This document shows, piece by piece, positions 9,233-18,832 of a DNA stretch of 64,000 nt (position 1 is the stretch's first letter; each line of letters opens with the position of its first letter). The translations under genes and the position numbers were made by a program. The notes beneath the pieces were generated by a model. It was given only the letters and a program-made list of their open reading frames with translations. It made no database searches and was not told the DNA's origin. This stretch comes from Clostridia bacterium (lineage in GTDB: Bacteria > Bacillota > Clostridia > UMGS1883 > UMGS1540). The stretch lies in the NCBI GenBank assembly GCA_045533905.1, contig JAZSIR010000016.1, positions 56,811 to 120,810 of the forward strand, read 5' to 3'.

Positions 9233-11584
9233 ATGACACTCAGAGAACTTACAATCGGACAGCGTGCCACCATTACCGAGGTAGGTGGGGAAGGAAACCT
9301 TCGACGCCACTTCCTAAATATGGGAGTCATTCCGGGTGCGGAAGTGCGGGTGCAGAAGTATGCCCCGATGGGTGACCCGATCGAACTGGAAATTCACGGG
9401 TACACGCTCACGCTTCGTCTTGCGGATGCCGAAAAAATCCGTGTCCGCATTGAAACGGAGGCGATTACGCGCGCAGAGACCAAACCGTGCGAAAGGCGTG
9501 CGGCACATCCCGGCCTTGGTGAAAGCGGAAAGTACCATGTAAAAACGGACGGGGACCCGCTTCCGAAAGGTAAAACAATCACTTTTGCGCTGGCAGGAAA
9601 CCAGAACTCCGGCAAAACCACACTTTTTAATCAGCTGACGGGTGCAAACCAGCACGTCGGTAATTTTCCGGGCATTACAGTGGACAGAAAAACGGGAAAC
9701 ATCCGAGGCCAAAACGGGGCAGAGGTTACGGATCTTCCCGGTATCTATTCGCTGTCTCCCTTCAGCCGCGAAGAAATTGTTTCCCGTGAATTTATTTTGA
9801 AGGAAAAGCCGGAAGGCATTATCAATATTGTCGATGCTACGAACATCGAACGAAATCTCTACCTCACGATGCAGCTTATGGAACTCGATGTGCCGATGGT
9901 GCTCGCACTCAATATGATGGATGAGGTGCGTGGGAACGGCGGCACCATCCACATTAATGAAATGGAAGAAATCCTCGGCATACCGGTTGTTCCGATTTCT
10001 GCCGCGAAAAACGAAGGCGTTGAGGAGCTTATAAAGCATGCGATGCACGTGGCACGGTACAGGGAAAAACCTGGCCGGAATGACTTTTGTGATAAGGATA
10101 AAAACGGCGGCGCCGTGCACAGATGCCTCCACGGCATTATGCATCTTATAGAGGACCATGCGAAAGAAGCCGACATTCCGCTTCGCTTTGCCGCGGCCAA
10201 GCTTGTGGAAGGGGATAGCCTTGTAATGGAGGCGCTCGCCCTTTCCGGAAATGAAAAAGAAATGATAGAGCATATTATCACACAGATGGAAGAGGAACGC
10301 GGACTCGACCGCGCCGCCGCCATTGCCGATATGCGCTTTTCGTTCATACATAAGCTTTGCGAAAAAACAGTTTCGCGTCCTCACGAAAGTCGCGAGCATG
10401 TGCGAAGTCAGAAAGTTGATAAAATTCTCACGGGGAAATATACGGCCATTCCGTCATTCATCCTCATTATGGCGGCGATCTTCTGGCTGACCTTCAGCGT
10501 TATCGGCGCCTATTTGCAGGGCCTTCTGGAAGGTGGCATCGAAGCGCTCGGCAGTGTCCTTGACTTATGGCTTACAAAAGCGGACGTCAACCCCGCACTC
10601 CATTCTTTGGTCATTGACGGCATATTCAGCGGTGTGGGAAGCGTTTTAAGCTTCATTCCCGTCATCATTGTCCTTTTCTTCTTCTTATCCATTTTGGAGG
10701 ATAGCGGCTATATGGCACGTATTGCCTTTGTGATGGATAAGCTGCTGCGGAAAATCGGGCTCTCCGGCAGAAGCATCGTGCCGATGCTTATCGGCTTCGG
10801 GTGCACCGTGCCGGGCGTTATGGCCAGCCGCACGCTTCCTTCGGCGCGTGACAGAAAGCTTACGATTATTCTGACGCCTTTTATGAGCTGCACGGCAAAG
10901 CTTCCGATTTACGGCTTCTTTGCAAATGCATTCTTCCCACAGTACGCCGGGCTTATTATGATAAGCCTGTATCTTCTCGGTATTCTGGTCGGCATTCTGA
11001 CGGCATACATATCCAAAGGCACCGCGTTTCGCGGTGAGGCCGTTCCGTTTGTAATGGAGCTTCCAAATTACCGTTTGCCTGCCGTAAGGAACGTCATTCA
11101 GCTTTTGTGGGATAAAGCGAAGGACTTTCTCCAGAGAGCCTTCACCGTCATTTTCGTCGCTTCTATGGCCGTGTGGTTTTTGCAGAGCTTCGATTTTGGC
11201 TTAAATCTTGCCCAAAGTGCGGAAGAAAGTATTCTGGCGCGTATTTCCGGCGTGGTAGCGCCTGTTTTTGCGCCCTTGGGGTTTGGTGATTGGCGCCTTG
11301 TAACGGCGCTTGTAGCAGGTTTTATGGCAAAGGAAAGCGTAGTTTCCACTTTATCCGTTCTTTTGGGTGACGGGGCAGGCATCCTTTCGCTTCTGACGCC
11401 GATGGCGGCGGCCGCATTTTTGGTATTCTGTCTTTTGTACACACCGTGCGTAGCGGCAGTTGCGGCTATTCGCCGCGAGCTTGGCGGCAGATGGGCCGCG
11501 GGCATTGTACTCGGCCAATGCATTGTGGCGTGGCTGTGTGCACTCCTTGTGCGCGGCGCCTGGATTTTGATTTCTATTCTTTAA
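9233..11584 (+). CDS. feoB: Ferrous iron transporter FeoB with N-terminal FeoA domain
   Basis: N-terminal FeoA (APMGDPI..LTLR); GNQNSGKT, DLPG; PCVA gate motif. Confidence 0.95.
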   Translation: MTLRELTIGQRATITEVGGEGNLRRHFLNMGVIPGAEVRVQKYAPMGDPIELEIHGYTLTLRLADAEKIRVRIETEAITRAETKPCERRAAHPGLGESGKYHVKTDGDPLPKGKTITFALAGNQNSGKTTLFNQLTGANQHVGNFPGITVDRKTGNIRGQNGAEVTDLPGIYSLSPFSREEIVSREFILKEKPEGIINIVDATNIERNLYLTMQLMELDVPMVLALNMMDEVRGNGGTIHINEMEEILGIPVVPISAAKNEGVEELIKHAMHVARYREKPGRNDFCDKDKNGGAVHRCLHGIMHLIEDHAKEADIPLRFAAAKLVEGDSLVMEALALSGNEKEMIEHIITQMEEERGLDRAAAIADMRFSFIHKLCEKTVSRPHESREHVRSQKVDKILTGKYTAIPSFILIMAAIFWLTFSVIGAYLQGLLEGGIEALGSVLDLWLTKADVNPALHSLVIDGIFSGVGSVLSFIPVIIVLFFFLSILEDSGYMARIAFVMDKLLRKIGLSGRSIVPMLIGFGCTVPGVMASRTLPSARDRKLTIILTPFMSCTAKLPIYGFFANAFFPQYAGLIMISLYLLGILVGILTAYISKGTAFRGEAVPFVMELPNYRLPAVRNVIQLLWDKAKDFLQRAFTVIFVASMAVWFLQSFDFGLNLAQSAEESILARISGVVAPVFAPLGFGDWRLVTALVAGFMAKESVVSTLSVLLGDGAGILSLLTPMAAAAFLVFCLLYTPCVAAVAAIRRELGGRWAAGIVLGQCIVAWLCALLVRGAWILISIL

Positions 11585-11586
11585 TA

Positions 11587-11621
11587 TAAAAAGCAGTTCC
11601 TATGGACTGCTTTTTTGTTTT
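11587..11621 (+). terminator. Intrinsic terminator after feoB
   Basis: AAAAAGCAGTTC-ctat-GGACTGCTTTTTT. Confidence 0.75.
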
Positions 11622-11717
11622 GACGGAAAATGTCGAACAAAAGAACATTTCCGGAAGGTCGGCATATAGTGTACTGAGGCGGTTTTTTATTTTTACGCCT
11701 CAGATAGGAGAGGAGCA

Positions 11718-11939
11718 ATGCTTTTACAAGTTGCGTCGATGACAGATGCCGTGCGAATGAAAAAGAAGCTCCGCCAAATGGGGATGCCGTCTGAAGTGGT
11801 ACAGACGCCACCCCGCGCCCGCCGCGGCGGATGCGGCTATTCCGTAAGAATCCAGGAAAAGGCACTTCAGCCGGCGGAGACGGCAGCAAGGGAGATCGGG
11901 GTGCGAATTCTCGGCGTATTGAAGGGTGAGCCCTTATGA
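11718..11939 (+). CDS. DUF3343-family small protein
   Basis: Small size, TP...GCGYS motif, overlaps the downstream desulfurase start; strong RBS. Confidence 0.7.
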   Translation: MLLQVASMTDAVRMKKKLRQMGMPSEVVQTPPRARRGGCGYSVRIQEKALQPAETAAREIGVRILGVLKGEPL

Positions 11940-13075
11940 TTTACCTCGATAACGGCGCCACCTCTTTTCCAAAGCCCCGAAGCGTACACGCCGAAATGGC
12001 TGGGTGTATGGAAAATTACGCGGCGAATGCAGGGCGCGGTGCACATAAAATGAGCGTGCAGGCCGCCGAGAAAATATGGGAAACGCGTGTGCTTTTAGCA
12101 AAGCTTTTCCATATCCCTTCGCCCGAGAGAATCGTTTTTACCCAAAACTGCACAGATAGCATAAATATTGCCCTTGGCGGCATACCGGAAAGCGGCGATG
12201 ACCTTATTATTTCCGATATGGAGCATAACAGCGTATACCGGCCGAGCCTTGCGCTTTCGAAAGAAGGTGTGCGCACGCTCTTTGCCCGCGCCGGGGAGGA
12301 TGGCACGGTAAGTCCCGAGGCTGTCCTTCGTGAAATCACGCCGCGCACGCGGATGATTTGCCTGCAGCACGCTTCCAATGTGGGTGGTGGTATCAATCCC
12401 ATCCGGGAGATTGGCCGCCTCGCGCGGGAGCGCGGGATTCTCTTTATGGTTGACGCCGCGCAGACAGCAGGGTGCACTTCTATTGATGTTGAGCGCGACA
12501 GTATCGACATTCTCGCATTTCCCGGGCATAAAGGACTTTTGGGACCGCAGGGCGTGGGCGGTCTCTATATCCGCGAGGGCATTGCTATCCGCCCTATGCG
12601 TGCGGGCGGAACGGGAAGCCTTTCGGAAAGTGCAGAAATGCCGCCGTTTCTGCCGGATAGGTTGGAGGCAGGGACGGTGAATTTGCCGGGGATTGCAGGC
12701 CTTTCGGGCGGCGTGCGCTTCGTACTTTCGAAGGGTGTCGACAGAATAGAGAAATACGAAAGAAGGCTTTGTGAAAATTTTATCCGTGCGGTAGAGACAA
12801 TTCCCGGAGTCCGCGTTCTCGGACCGGAGGAGCACGCCCGTCGCGTGGGCGTAGTGTCTCTCGCATTGGAAGAACGCGATGTGGGCGAAATTGCCGCAGT
12901 ATTAGATGAAAAATACGGTATTGCCACGCGGGCGGGGCTCCATTGTGCGCCGCTTGCGGCCGCGCGTTTCGGCATTTTGGATAAAGGAAGTATCCGTTTT
13001 TCCCCCGGCGTTTTTACAACGCCACGGGAAATGACATATGCGGCACGGGCGATGCGCGAAATTCTTTCCCGATAG
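11936..13075 (+). CDS. Cysteine desulfurase family aminotransferase class V
   Basis: IYLDNGATS, DAAQ, GHKG, RAGLHCAP. Confidence 0.92.
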   Translation: MIYLDNGATSFPKPRSVHAEMAGCMENYAANAGRGAHKMSVQAAEKIWETRVLLAKLFHIPSPERIVFTQNCTDSINIALGGIPESGDDLIISDMEHNSVYRPSLALSKEGVRTLFARAGEDGTVSPEAVLREITPRTRMICLQHASNVGGGINPIREIGRLARERGILFMVDAAQTAGCTSIDVERDSIDILAFPGHKGLLGPQGVGGLYIREGIAIRPMRAGGTGSLSESAEMPPFLPDRLEAGTVNLPGIAGLSGGVRFVLSKGVDRIEKYERRLCENFIRAVETIPGVRVLGPEEHARRVGVVSLALEERDVGEIAAVLDEKYGIATRAGLHCAPLAAARFGILDKGSIRFSPGVFTTPREMTYAARAMREILSR

Positions 13076-13142
13076 CATAAAACAGAAAAAGTGCACATAG
13101 GCTATAAAAAGCGTATGTGCACTTTTACATTTGGGAGGGACT

Positions 13143-13385
13143 ATGCGAATTTATGATTTTCGCCAGAAAGAAGTAATTAACCTTGTGGACGGCGCAAGGC
13201 TCGGATATGTGTTTGATGCGGAAATTGACCCGGAAAGCGGCAGGATTGAAGCGCTGATTATACCGGGGCAGAGTAAGGTGCTTGGCATTTTCGGAAAAGA
13301 AAATGAATTTGTTATCCCTTGGGGAAGCATCCGGAGAATCGGGGATGATATCGTGCTTATCGAGATGGGAAAAGTCTCCTCTTAG
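13143..13385 (+). CDS. YlmC/YmxH family sporulation PRC-barrel protein
   Basis: KEVIN..DG.RLG...IPW..I..IGDDIVLI; GGGAGG RBS before ATG 13143. Confidence 0.9.
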   Translation: MRIYDFRQKEVINLVDGARLGYVFDAEIDPESGRIEALIIPGQSKVLGIFGKENEFVIPWGSIRRIGDDIVLIEMGKVSS

Positions 13386-13954
13386 CGATAGGCGTCACAC
13401 CACGCGCGATATTCCTGCGGTGTCATCAGCGCATTCACAGCCGCGAGCAGTGCTTTTTGCGAAAGCTGCGGCGGCAGGTGCAGAAAAGCGGCAAGTGCGG
13501 CCCGCTTTTCACGGCTGCCGGCGGTGCCTAAAAGGCCGTCTTCATAAAAATGCAGATGCGTGATTTTCTCCGTCACTTCTTCTTTGGGTGTGGAAACCGC
13601 CAAAAGCAAGGAAAGAAGCGTGTCGCAGGGAACGCCCTCTACACCGAGCGTGCCTTCAGCCGAGGCGCGCGTTTTTCTTTTTTCCTTTCCCGGAAGCGCG
13701 GGGATATACGCGTCAAGCACCCGTCCTTCGGTGATATGCTCGTGCAAAAACGACCGTATCTTAAAGCCGGCGCTGTCCGAATCCATCAGAATAATAATGC
13801 CGTTTTTTTTGGCAAGCGCCTGTATATACGAAAGGCGCTCGGTATCCGTAAAAACGGAGAATCCGAATGTGGGCACTATGAGTGCATCGACGATGGAATT
13901 GAGATGCATTTTATCATATGTACCTTCTACTATGATGGCTTCCTGTATCTGCAT
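13382..13954 (-). CDS. rnmV: Ribonuclease M5-like Toprim/DUF4093 protein
   Basis: IIVEG..D and DSD.AG.KIR Toprim motifs; GVEG. Confidence 0.75.
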   Translation of the reverse strand: MQIQEAIIVEGTYDKMHLNSIVDALIVPTFGFSVFTDTERLSYIQALAKKNGIIILMDSDSAGFKIRSFLHEHITEGRVLDAYIPALPGKEKRKTRASAEGTLGVEGVPCDTLLSLLLAVSTPKEEVTEKITHLHFYEDGLLGTAGSREKRAALAAFLHLPPQLSQKALLAAVNALMTPQEYRAWCDAYR

Positions 13955-13958
13955 ATGG

Positions 13959-14597
13959 TTACACCGATGTCGGGAGCGCGGTTATATACTCTCCCAGAAA
14001 GTCATTTTTGCCGTAGAAAAGGACTTCAAACTCACCGTTTTCTTTGTAAATAACCTTGGAAGCTGCTGCATTGCCGGCGTAGGGTAAATCCTTTGCCGCC
14101 GAAATCGGAAGGCCCAGCCAGGCTGTTTGCAGAAGGCGAAGAGGGGTGGCGTGTGTGGAAACCAGAACCGTTTCACCACGGTGCCTTGCGGCAATTTCTT
14201 GTGTTGCCGTGAGCACGCGTTCGAGAAGTTCCGCCGTGCTTTCTCCGCCCTCGGGATGCGCAAGACCAATATCTCGGAGCCATAGCTTAAAATCGTCCCG
14301 GTCTGTAAGTTCGCTGTATTGCTTTCCTTGCCAGACACCGGCGTTGATTTCACGAAGGCGGGGGTCGGTAATCAGCGGAATTCCTTTCCGCACGGCCGTT
14401 ATCTCCGCCGTATGAAAGGCACGCGAAAGGTCGCTCGTATAGGCGACGGTGATAGGAAAGGCATCCAGAAATGCCGCGAGCGCTTCTGCCTGGTTTTTTC
14501 CAAGCTCCGTAAGAGACGGGTTCAGATGGCCGGCAAAAATATTCAGAGGGTTTGTTTCACTTTGTCCGTGTCGTACAATAAGAAGTGTTGTATCCAT
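13959..14597 (-). CDS. Histidine phosphatase family protein
   Basis: VRHGQS, SDL.RA, LRE..G.W.G motifs. Confidence 0.9.
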   Translation of the reverse strand: MDTTLLIVRHGQSETNPLNIFAGHLNPSLTELGKNQAEALAAFLDAFPITVAYTSDLSRAFHTAEITAVRKGIPLITDPRLREINAGVWQGKQYSELTDRDDFKLWLRDIGLAHPEGGESTAELLERVLTATQEIAARHRGETVLVSTHATPLRLLQTAWLGLPISAAKDLPYAGNAAASKVIYKENGEFEVLFYGKNDFLGEYITALPTSV

Positions 14598-14602
14598 TTT
14601 CT

Positions 14603-15769
14603 CTACTCCAAAACACGGCCGCCATCGCCGGCGTCCGTTACATAAAATGTGGGGGCATAGCCGATTTTTTCGGTATATGCCTTTTCTACATTCTGCATAA
14701 ATTCTTCAACACAGTCGTTTTCTACAAGGCTTACCGTACAGCCACCAAAGCCGGCACCGGTCATACGGGAGCCGAGGCAGCCGCGCTGTGCCTGCGCCGC
14801 ATCTACGAGCGTATCCAGTTCGTCACCCGTAACCTCATAAAGGTCACGAAGTGAAGCGTGCGAGGCATCCATAAGCTTACCGAAGCGGGCAATATCGTCA
14901 TTTTTCAAAGCTTCTACCGACTGTTTTACGCGGTCACATTCCATAACTACGTGCAGGGCACGCTTTTTTGCAATGGGGTTCTGAATGACAGAAGCGTTTT
15001 CCTCAAACTCGGCAGGCGAGAGGCAACCGAGGTGTACAAGATTCGGCAAAACGGTCTGTAAATCTGCGAGCGCGGCTTCACATTCGGCGCGGCGCTCGTT
15101 ATATTTGCTTGTTACAAGACTGCGCTTTTTATTCGTGTTTGCAATTACGATGCGCACAGAACCGAGCGCGAGGGGGACAAGCTCATAGGAAAGGTCCTTG
15201 CAATCCAGGAAAATCGCGTGGCCTGCCTTGCCCATAGCGGAAGCAAACTGGTCCATAATGCCGCAGGCAACGCCGATGTAGTTGTGCTCAGCTCTCTGGC
15301 CGATAATCGCCATCTGGCACATGTCAGGCGTTTTGCCGGTAGAAAGGTGATAAAGACAAAGCGCCGTAGCCACTTCAATCGCCGCCGAGGAGGAAAGTCC
15401 GCCACCGTGCGGGGTGGTATCGTGGAAAAGAAGGTCGCAGCCGGTGACCGTGATGCCGTCTTTTATAAGCTCTGCCGCAACACCAATCTGGTAGTTGCCC
15501 CAGGAAAGTGTTTTGTAGTCATCAATCTTCGAAAGGTCTGCCTCTACTACAATGTTAAGATCGGTCGCGCGCATACGGATGATGTTATCTTCTCGTTTGC
15601 GGGCGATAATTGTGGTGCCAAGCGTGATGGCCGCGGGGAATACGTAGCCGCCGTTATAGTCAGTGTGTTCACCGATAAGATTTACGCGGCCGGGCGAAGC
15701 GTAAACATAAAGTTCGCCGCCTTCGCCAAAATATTTGCAAAATTCGTTTTTTAGTGTCTGTACATCCAT
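14603..15769 (-). CDS. galK: Galactokinase
   Basis: PGRVNLIGEHTDYN, GGLSSSAA, GSRMTGAGFGG; start adjusted to ATG after GGAGG. Confidence 0.96.
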   Translation of the reverse strand: MDVQTLKNEFCKYFGEGGELYVYASPGRVNLIGEHTDYNGGYVFPAAITLGTTIIARKREDNIIRMRATDLNIVVEADLSKIDDYKTLSWGNYQIGVAAELIKDGITVTGCDLLFHDTTPHGGGLSSSAAIEVATALCLYHLSTGKTPDMCQMAIIGQRAEHNYIGVACGIMDQFASAMGKAGHAIFLDCKDLSYELVPLALGSVRIVIANTNKKRSLVTSKYNERRAECEAALADLQTVLPNLVHLGCLSPAEFEENASVIQNPIAKKRALHVVMECDRVKQSVEALKNDDIARFGKLMDASHASLRDLYEVTGDELDTLVDAAQAQRGCLGSRMTGAGFGGCTVSLVENDCVEEFMQNVEKAYTEKIGYAPTFYVTDAGDGGRVLE

Positions 15770-15771
15770 TC

Positions 15772-16746
15772 TTATGCCTCCTCCTTCGCAATAAACTTCT
15801 GATATGCGGCACGAAGCTCTTCTGCACGTTCTTCCGGTGCCGTGGGATTGCAATGTGCCCAGGCGCCTGTTTCGCTGGAAGCGTTGAACTTCTGCTTGTC
15901 CTTCGACCGCATCGGCGGGAAGAATTCAATATGGAAGTGGAAGTTTTCGCTGCCTTCAAGATTTACGGGCGCGTTGTGCATACACATCATATAGGGGAAG
16001 GCATAGTCAAAGAGACAGTCGAGCGTGCCCGCCGTTCTCTTGATGGCTTGCCCTAAAAGAAAGCGTTCTTCTTCCGTGAAATCGGTGATATACCGAACAC
16101 AGCGCTTCGGGGCAATGTACATACCGTACGGATATTCGCAGAAGAAGGGGAGAAAGACCGTGAAGGCTTCGTTCTCAAAGATAATACGTTTTTCAAATTT
16201 CTTTTCTTCCTCGAGCATATCGCAAAGGAGGCAAGCTCCGGTTTCATCCTTATGCATCTTAAAGGATTCTGCTTCCAGTGCCAGCTTTTTGGGAAGGAAA
16301 GAGTAGCCGTAAATCTGGCCGTGCGGGTGGGGCATAGAAACGCCGACCACTTCGCCGCGGTTTTCGAAAATAAAGACGTACTTGATTTTTTCATCTTTCG
16401 AAAGCGCCTCAAACCGTTCGCACCAAAGGTCCACAAGCTCCTTTACATGGGTGTCGCAAAGTTCAGGGAGCGTTTCCGTATGGTTTTTGGAATAGAGAAT
16501 AACCTCACATTTTCCGTATGCTTCTGCCGTTTTGTAAACGCCGCCTGCTACATCGTCGGGCACGGGCGGGTCCTGGCGGAGCGCCGGGAAATCATTATCA
16601 TATTTGTATACCGTAAAGTCATCCGGCACTTTGCCGCTGCCGGGGCAAAACGGGCACCAGTCCTTCGGCATATTCGGGCGTGCCTGTCTGTGCGAGGCTA
16701 TCATCACCCAGTCGCGTGTTAAAGGGTTAAAACGTAATTCAGCCAT
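15772..16746 (-). CDS. galT: Galactose-1-phosphate uridylyltransferase (type I)
   Basis: CPFCPG, NDFPAL, FENRG...HPHGQ. Confidence 0.95.
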   Translation of the reverse strand: MAELRFNPLTRDWVMIASHRQARPNMPKDWCPFCPGSGKVPDDFTVYKYDNDFPALRQDPPVPDDVAGGVYKTAEAYGKCEVILYSKNHTETLPELCDTHVKELVDLWCERFEALSKDEKIKYVFIFENRGEVVGVSMPHPHGQIYGYSFLPKKLALEAESFKMHKDETGACLLCDMLEEEKKFEKRIIFENEAFTVFLPFFCEYPYGMYIAPKRCVRYITDFTEEERFLLGQAIKRTAGTLDCLFDYAFPYMMCMHNAPVNLEGSENFHFHIEFFPPMRSKDKQKFNASSETGAWAHCNPTAPEERAEELRAAYQKFIAKEEA

Positions 16747-16793
16747 AGTATCACCTTTCTTTTTCTCTTATTTGAAAGTCAATGTATAAAACA

Positions 16794-18206
16794 TTACTTT
16801 TGTTCACGGATTTTATAAAATTCTTCTTTCCGGCGGAGCACCTCGTCGAATTCGCGGGTGTATCCGTCATCATGCTTGAAATTGAAAACGCGGACCACTT
16901 TGTCCGGGAGAAGCAGGCGGCTTACGCCTCCGGCACCAAGCGCAAAAATGTGCGCACAGTCGGTCATGGTAGCCGTGTTATAGAAAGACGCTGTGCCGGG
17001 AAGGGAGTAGCCCACATTTTCGAGATTTCCTGCCGTGGCCTTCTGGCGGTACATATAGTAGGGTCGGTAGCCATCCTCGCGCACGGTCTTATACGTATAG
17101 GCGAGCATATCGGCAACATCAGGGGCTTCGGTCACACCTTCGCCGCTCTGTCGGATGGCCGAGGCGCGCTTCAGATATAAAGTATGTACGGTAAGACTTT
17201 CCGGACGGAGCGCGCGCACTGTATCGAGAGAATAGCGGTACATCGCAAAATCCTCGCCGGGAAGCCCTGCGATAAGGTCTGTGTTGATATTCGTAAAACC
17301 GGCTTCCCTTGCCATTTCAAATGCAGAAAGAAATTCTGCGGTCGTGTGGCGCCTGCCGATGCGGCGAAGTGTTTCGTTGTGCAAGGTCTGCGGATTTATG
17401 CTGATACGGTTTGTGCCGAGTGTTTTTAAAACAGAAAGCTTTTCGGGCGTTATCGTATCAGGCCGTCCGGCTTCGGTTGTAAATTCCATATTTTCAGAAA
17501 CGGGAAGAAAATTGCGGATCCCTTCGAGAAGGAGCGAAAGCTGCGGCGTGTCAAGGCTTGTGGGCGTGCCGCCGCCGATATACACGGCGCGAAGGCGAAG
17601 GGAAAGATTGCGGATAATTTCCCCTGTCCTTTCTATTTCCCGGAGAAGAAGCCGCACATATTCCTCTTTTGTGGCAACGGCACCCGTGCCGGAAATAAAA
17701 GAGCAATAGCTGCAGCGTGTGGGGCAGAAGGGGATGCCGATGTATACGCAAACCTCCTCGCGGTTTTGCGGGTGCTTGGCCTCTTCAAGTGCTACACTTA
17801 CGGCAAGATCAATCTTGTCCTCCTCTACGAGATAGGTTTCGCGGAGAATACGGCGCACAGCCGCTTCATCGTTTCCTTCTTCAAAGAGTATGCGCACAAG
17901 CTTTGCCGGGCGCACACCCGTCAGAATCCCCCAAGGGGTAGGCATGGAAGAAATTCGGCGGAGTGCAAAATAGGCACTTCGTTTTATAAGATTTCCGAGT
18001 TCGCGCTTCGTTTCGGGCGCCTCTAAAGAAGTCTCCGTGTGCACTGCACTTTGCCCCGAAAAGGAGGCTTCGCTTAAAACGGACGTCCTGCCGCCTGCGG
18101 TGCTGAGCGTCGTTTTTAGCGTTACACCCTCGTGCTCGGGAAAGAAGAGCAGGACCATCTGCTCCGCTTCATATTCCATCGTATGTCCATAGGAAAGTAA
18201 GTTCAA
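16794..18206 (-). CDS. hemZ: Radical SAM HemZ-like protein
   Basis: PWGILTGVRP, CPTRCSYC, GGGTPT, YYMYRQK; usual position after relA/MBL. Confidence 0.88.
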   Translation of the reverse strand: MNLLSYGHTMEYEAEQMVLLFFPEHEGVTLKTTLSTAGGRTSVLSEASFSGQSAVHTETSLEAPETKRELGNLIKRSAYFALRRISSMPTPWGILTGVRPAKLVRILFEEGNDEAAVRRILRETYLVEEDKIDLAVSVALEEAKHPQNREEVCVYIGIPFCPTRCSYCSFISGTGAVATKEEYVRLLLREIERTGEIIRNLSLRLRAVYIGGGTPTSLDTPQLSLLLEGIRNFLPVSENMEFTTEAGRPDTITPEKLSVLKTLGTNRISINPQTLHNETLRRIGRRHTTAEFLSAFEMAREAGFTNINTDLIAGLPGEDFAMYRYSLDTVRALRPESLTVHTLYLKRASAIRQSGEGVTEAPDVADMLAYTYKTVREDGYRPYYMYRQKATAGNLENVGYSLPGTASFYNTATMTDCAHIFALGAGGVSRLLLPDKVVRVFNFKHDDGYTREFDEVLRRKEEFYKIREQK

Positions 18207-18824
18207 TTATTCCCACTCCCAGTTGAAATTTGCAAAGGGGTTTTGCAGCTTTTCCCGGGCAATCGTTGTTTCTCCCTCGTGCCCGGGGAGAACAAACGTG
18301 TCTTCCGGAAGCGCCAGAAGGCGGCGGATGCTCTTTTGCATCAGAGCCTTGTTTTCACGCGCAAAAATGCCGACGGAGCCGCGGAAAAGCGTATCGCCCG
18401 CAAAGAGAACATCCCCGGCCAAAAAGCAGCAGCTTCCGTCCGTGTGCCCGGGCGTGTGCAATACCGAAAAGTCGGTGCCGCCAATCGAAAGGGTATCGCT
18501 CTCTTCAAAGAGAATATCCGGCGAAAACCCTTCAAAAGGAAAGCCGAAGCGCGCGGCGTGGCTTGTGACCGCATCCCGGAGCATACCGGCGTCCTCTTTG
18601 TGAATATAAATCGGCACCGAAAAGTGCGCGCGTAGTGCGGCTGCAGCCCCTACGTGGTCAAAATGGCCGTGTGTGAGGAAGATGCCGGAAGGTTTTTTAT
18701 CCCCGACTGCGGCAATAATCGCTTCCGCATCCTCGCCGGGGTCGATAATGCCCAGATCCTGTCCGTTTCCCGCGAGAAAACAGTTTACGGAAAGCGGGCC
18801 TACGCGTAAAACAGAAATTTCCAT
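18207..18824 (-). CDS. MBL-fold metallo-hydrolase
   Basis: THGHFDH, HTPGH, GDTLF, PGH. Confidence 0.92.
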   Translation of the reverse strand: MEISVLRVGPLSVNCFLAGNGQDLGIIDPGEDAEAIIAAVGDKKPSGIFLTHGHFDHVGAAAALRAHFSVPIYIHKEDAGMLRDAVTSHAARFGFPFEGFSPDILFEESDTLSIGGTDFSVLHTPGHTDGSCCFLAGDVLFAGDTLFRGSVGIFARENKALMQKSIRRLLALPEDTFVLPGHEGETTIAREKLQNPFANFNWEWE

Positions 18825-18832
18825 AGTCGCTC

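Noticed and set aside
11718-13075. Selenium-utilisation or DNA phosphorothioation (DndA) system
   Set aside because: Only DUF3343 and a desulfurase are present; no selD, yedE/F or dnd genes. This is a common Clostridial pair.
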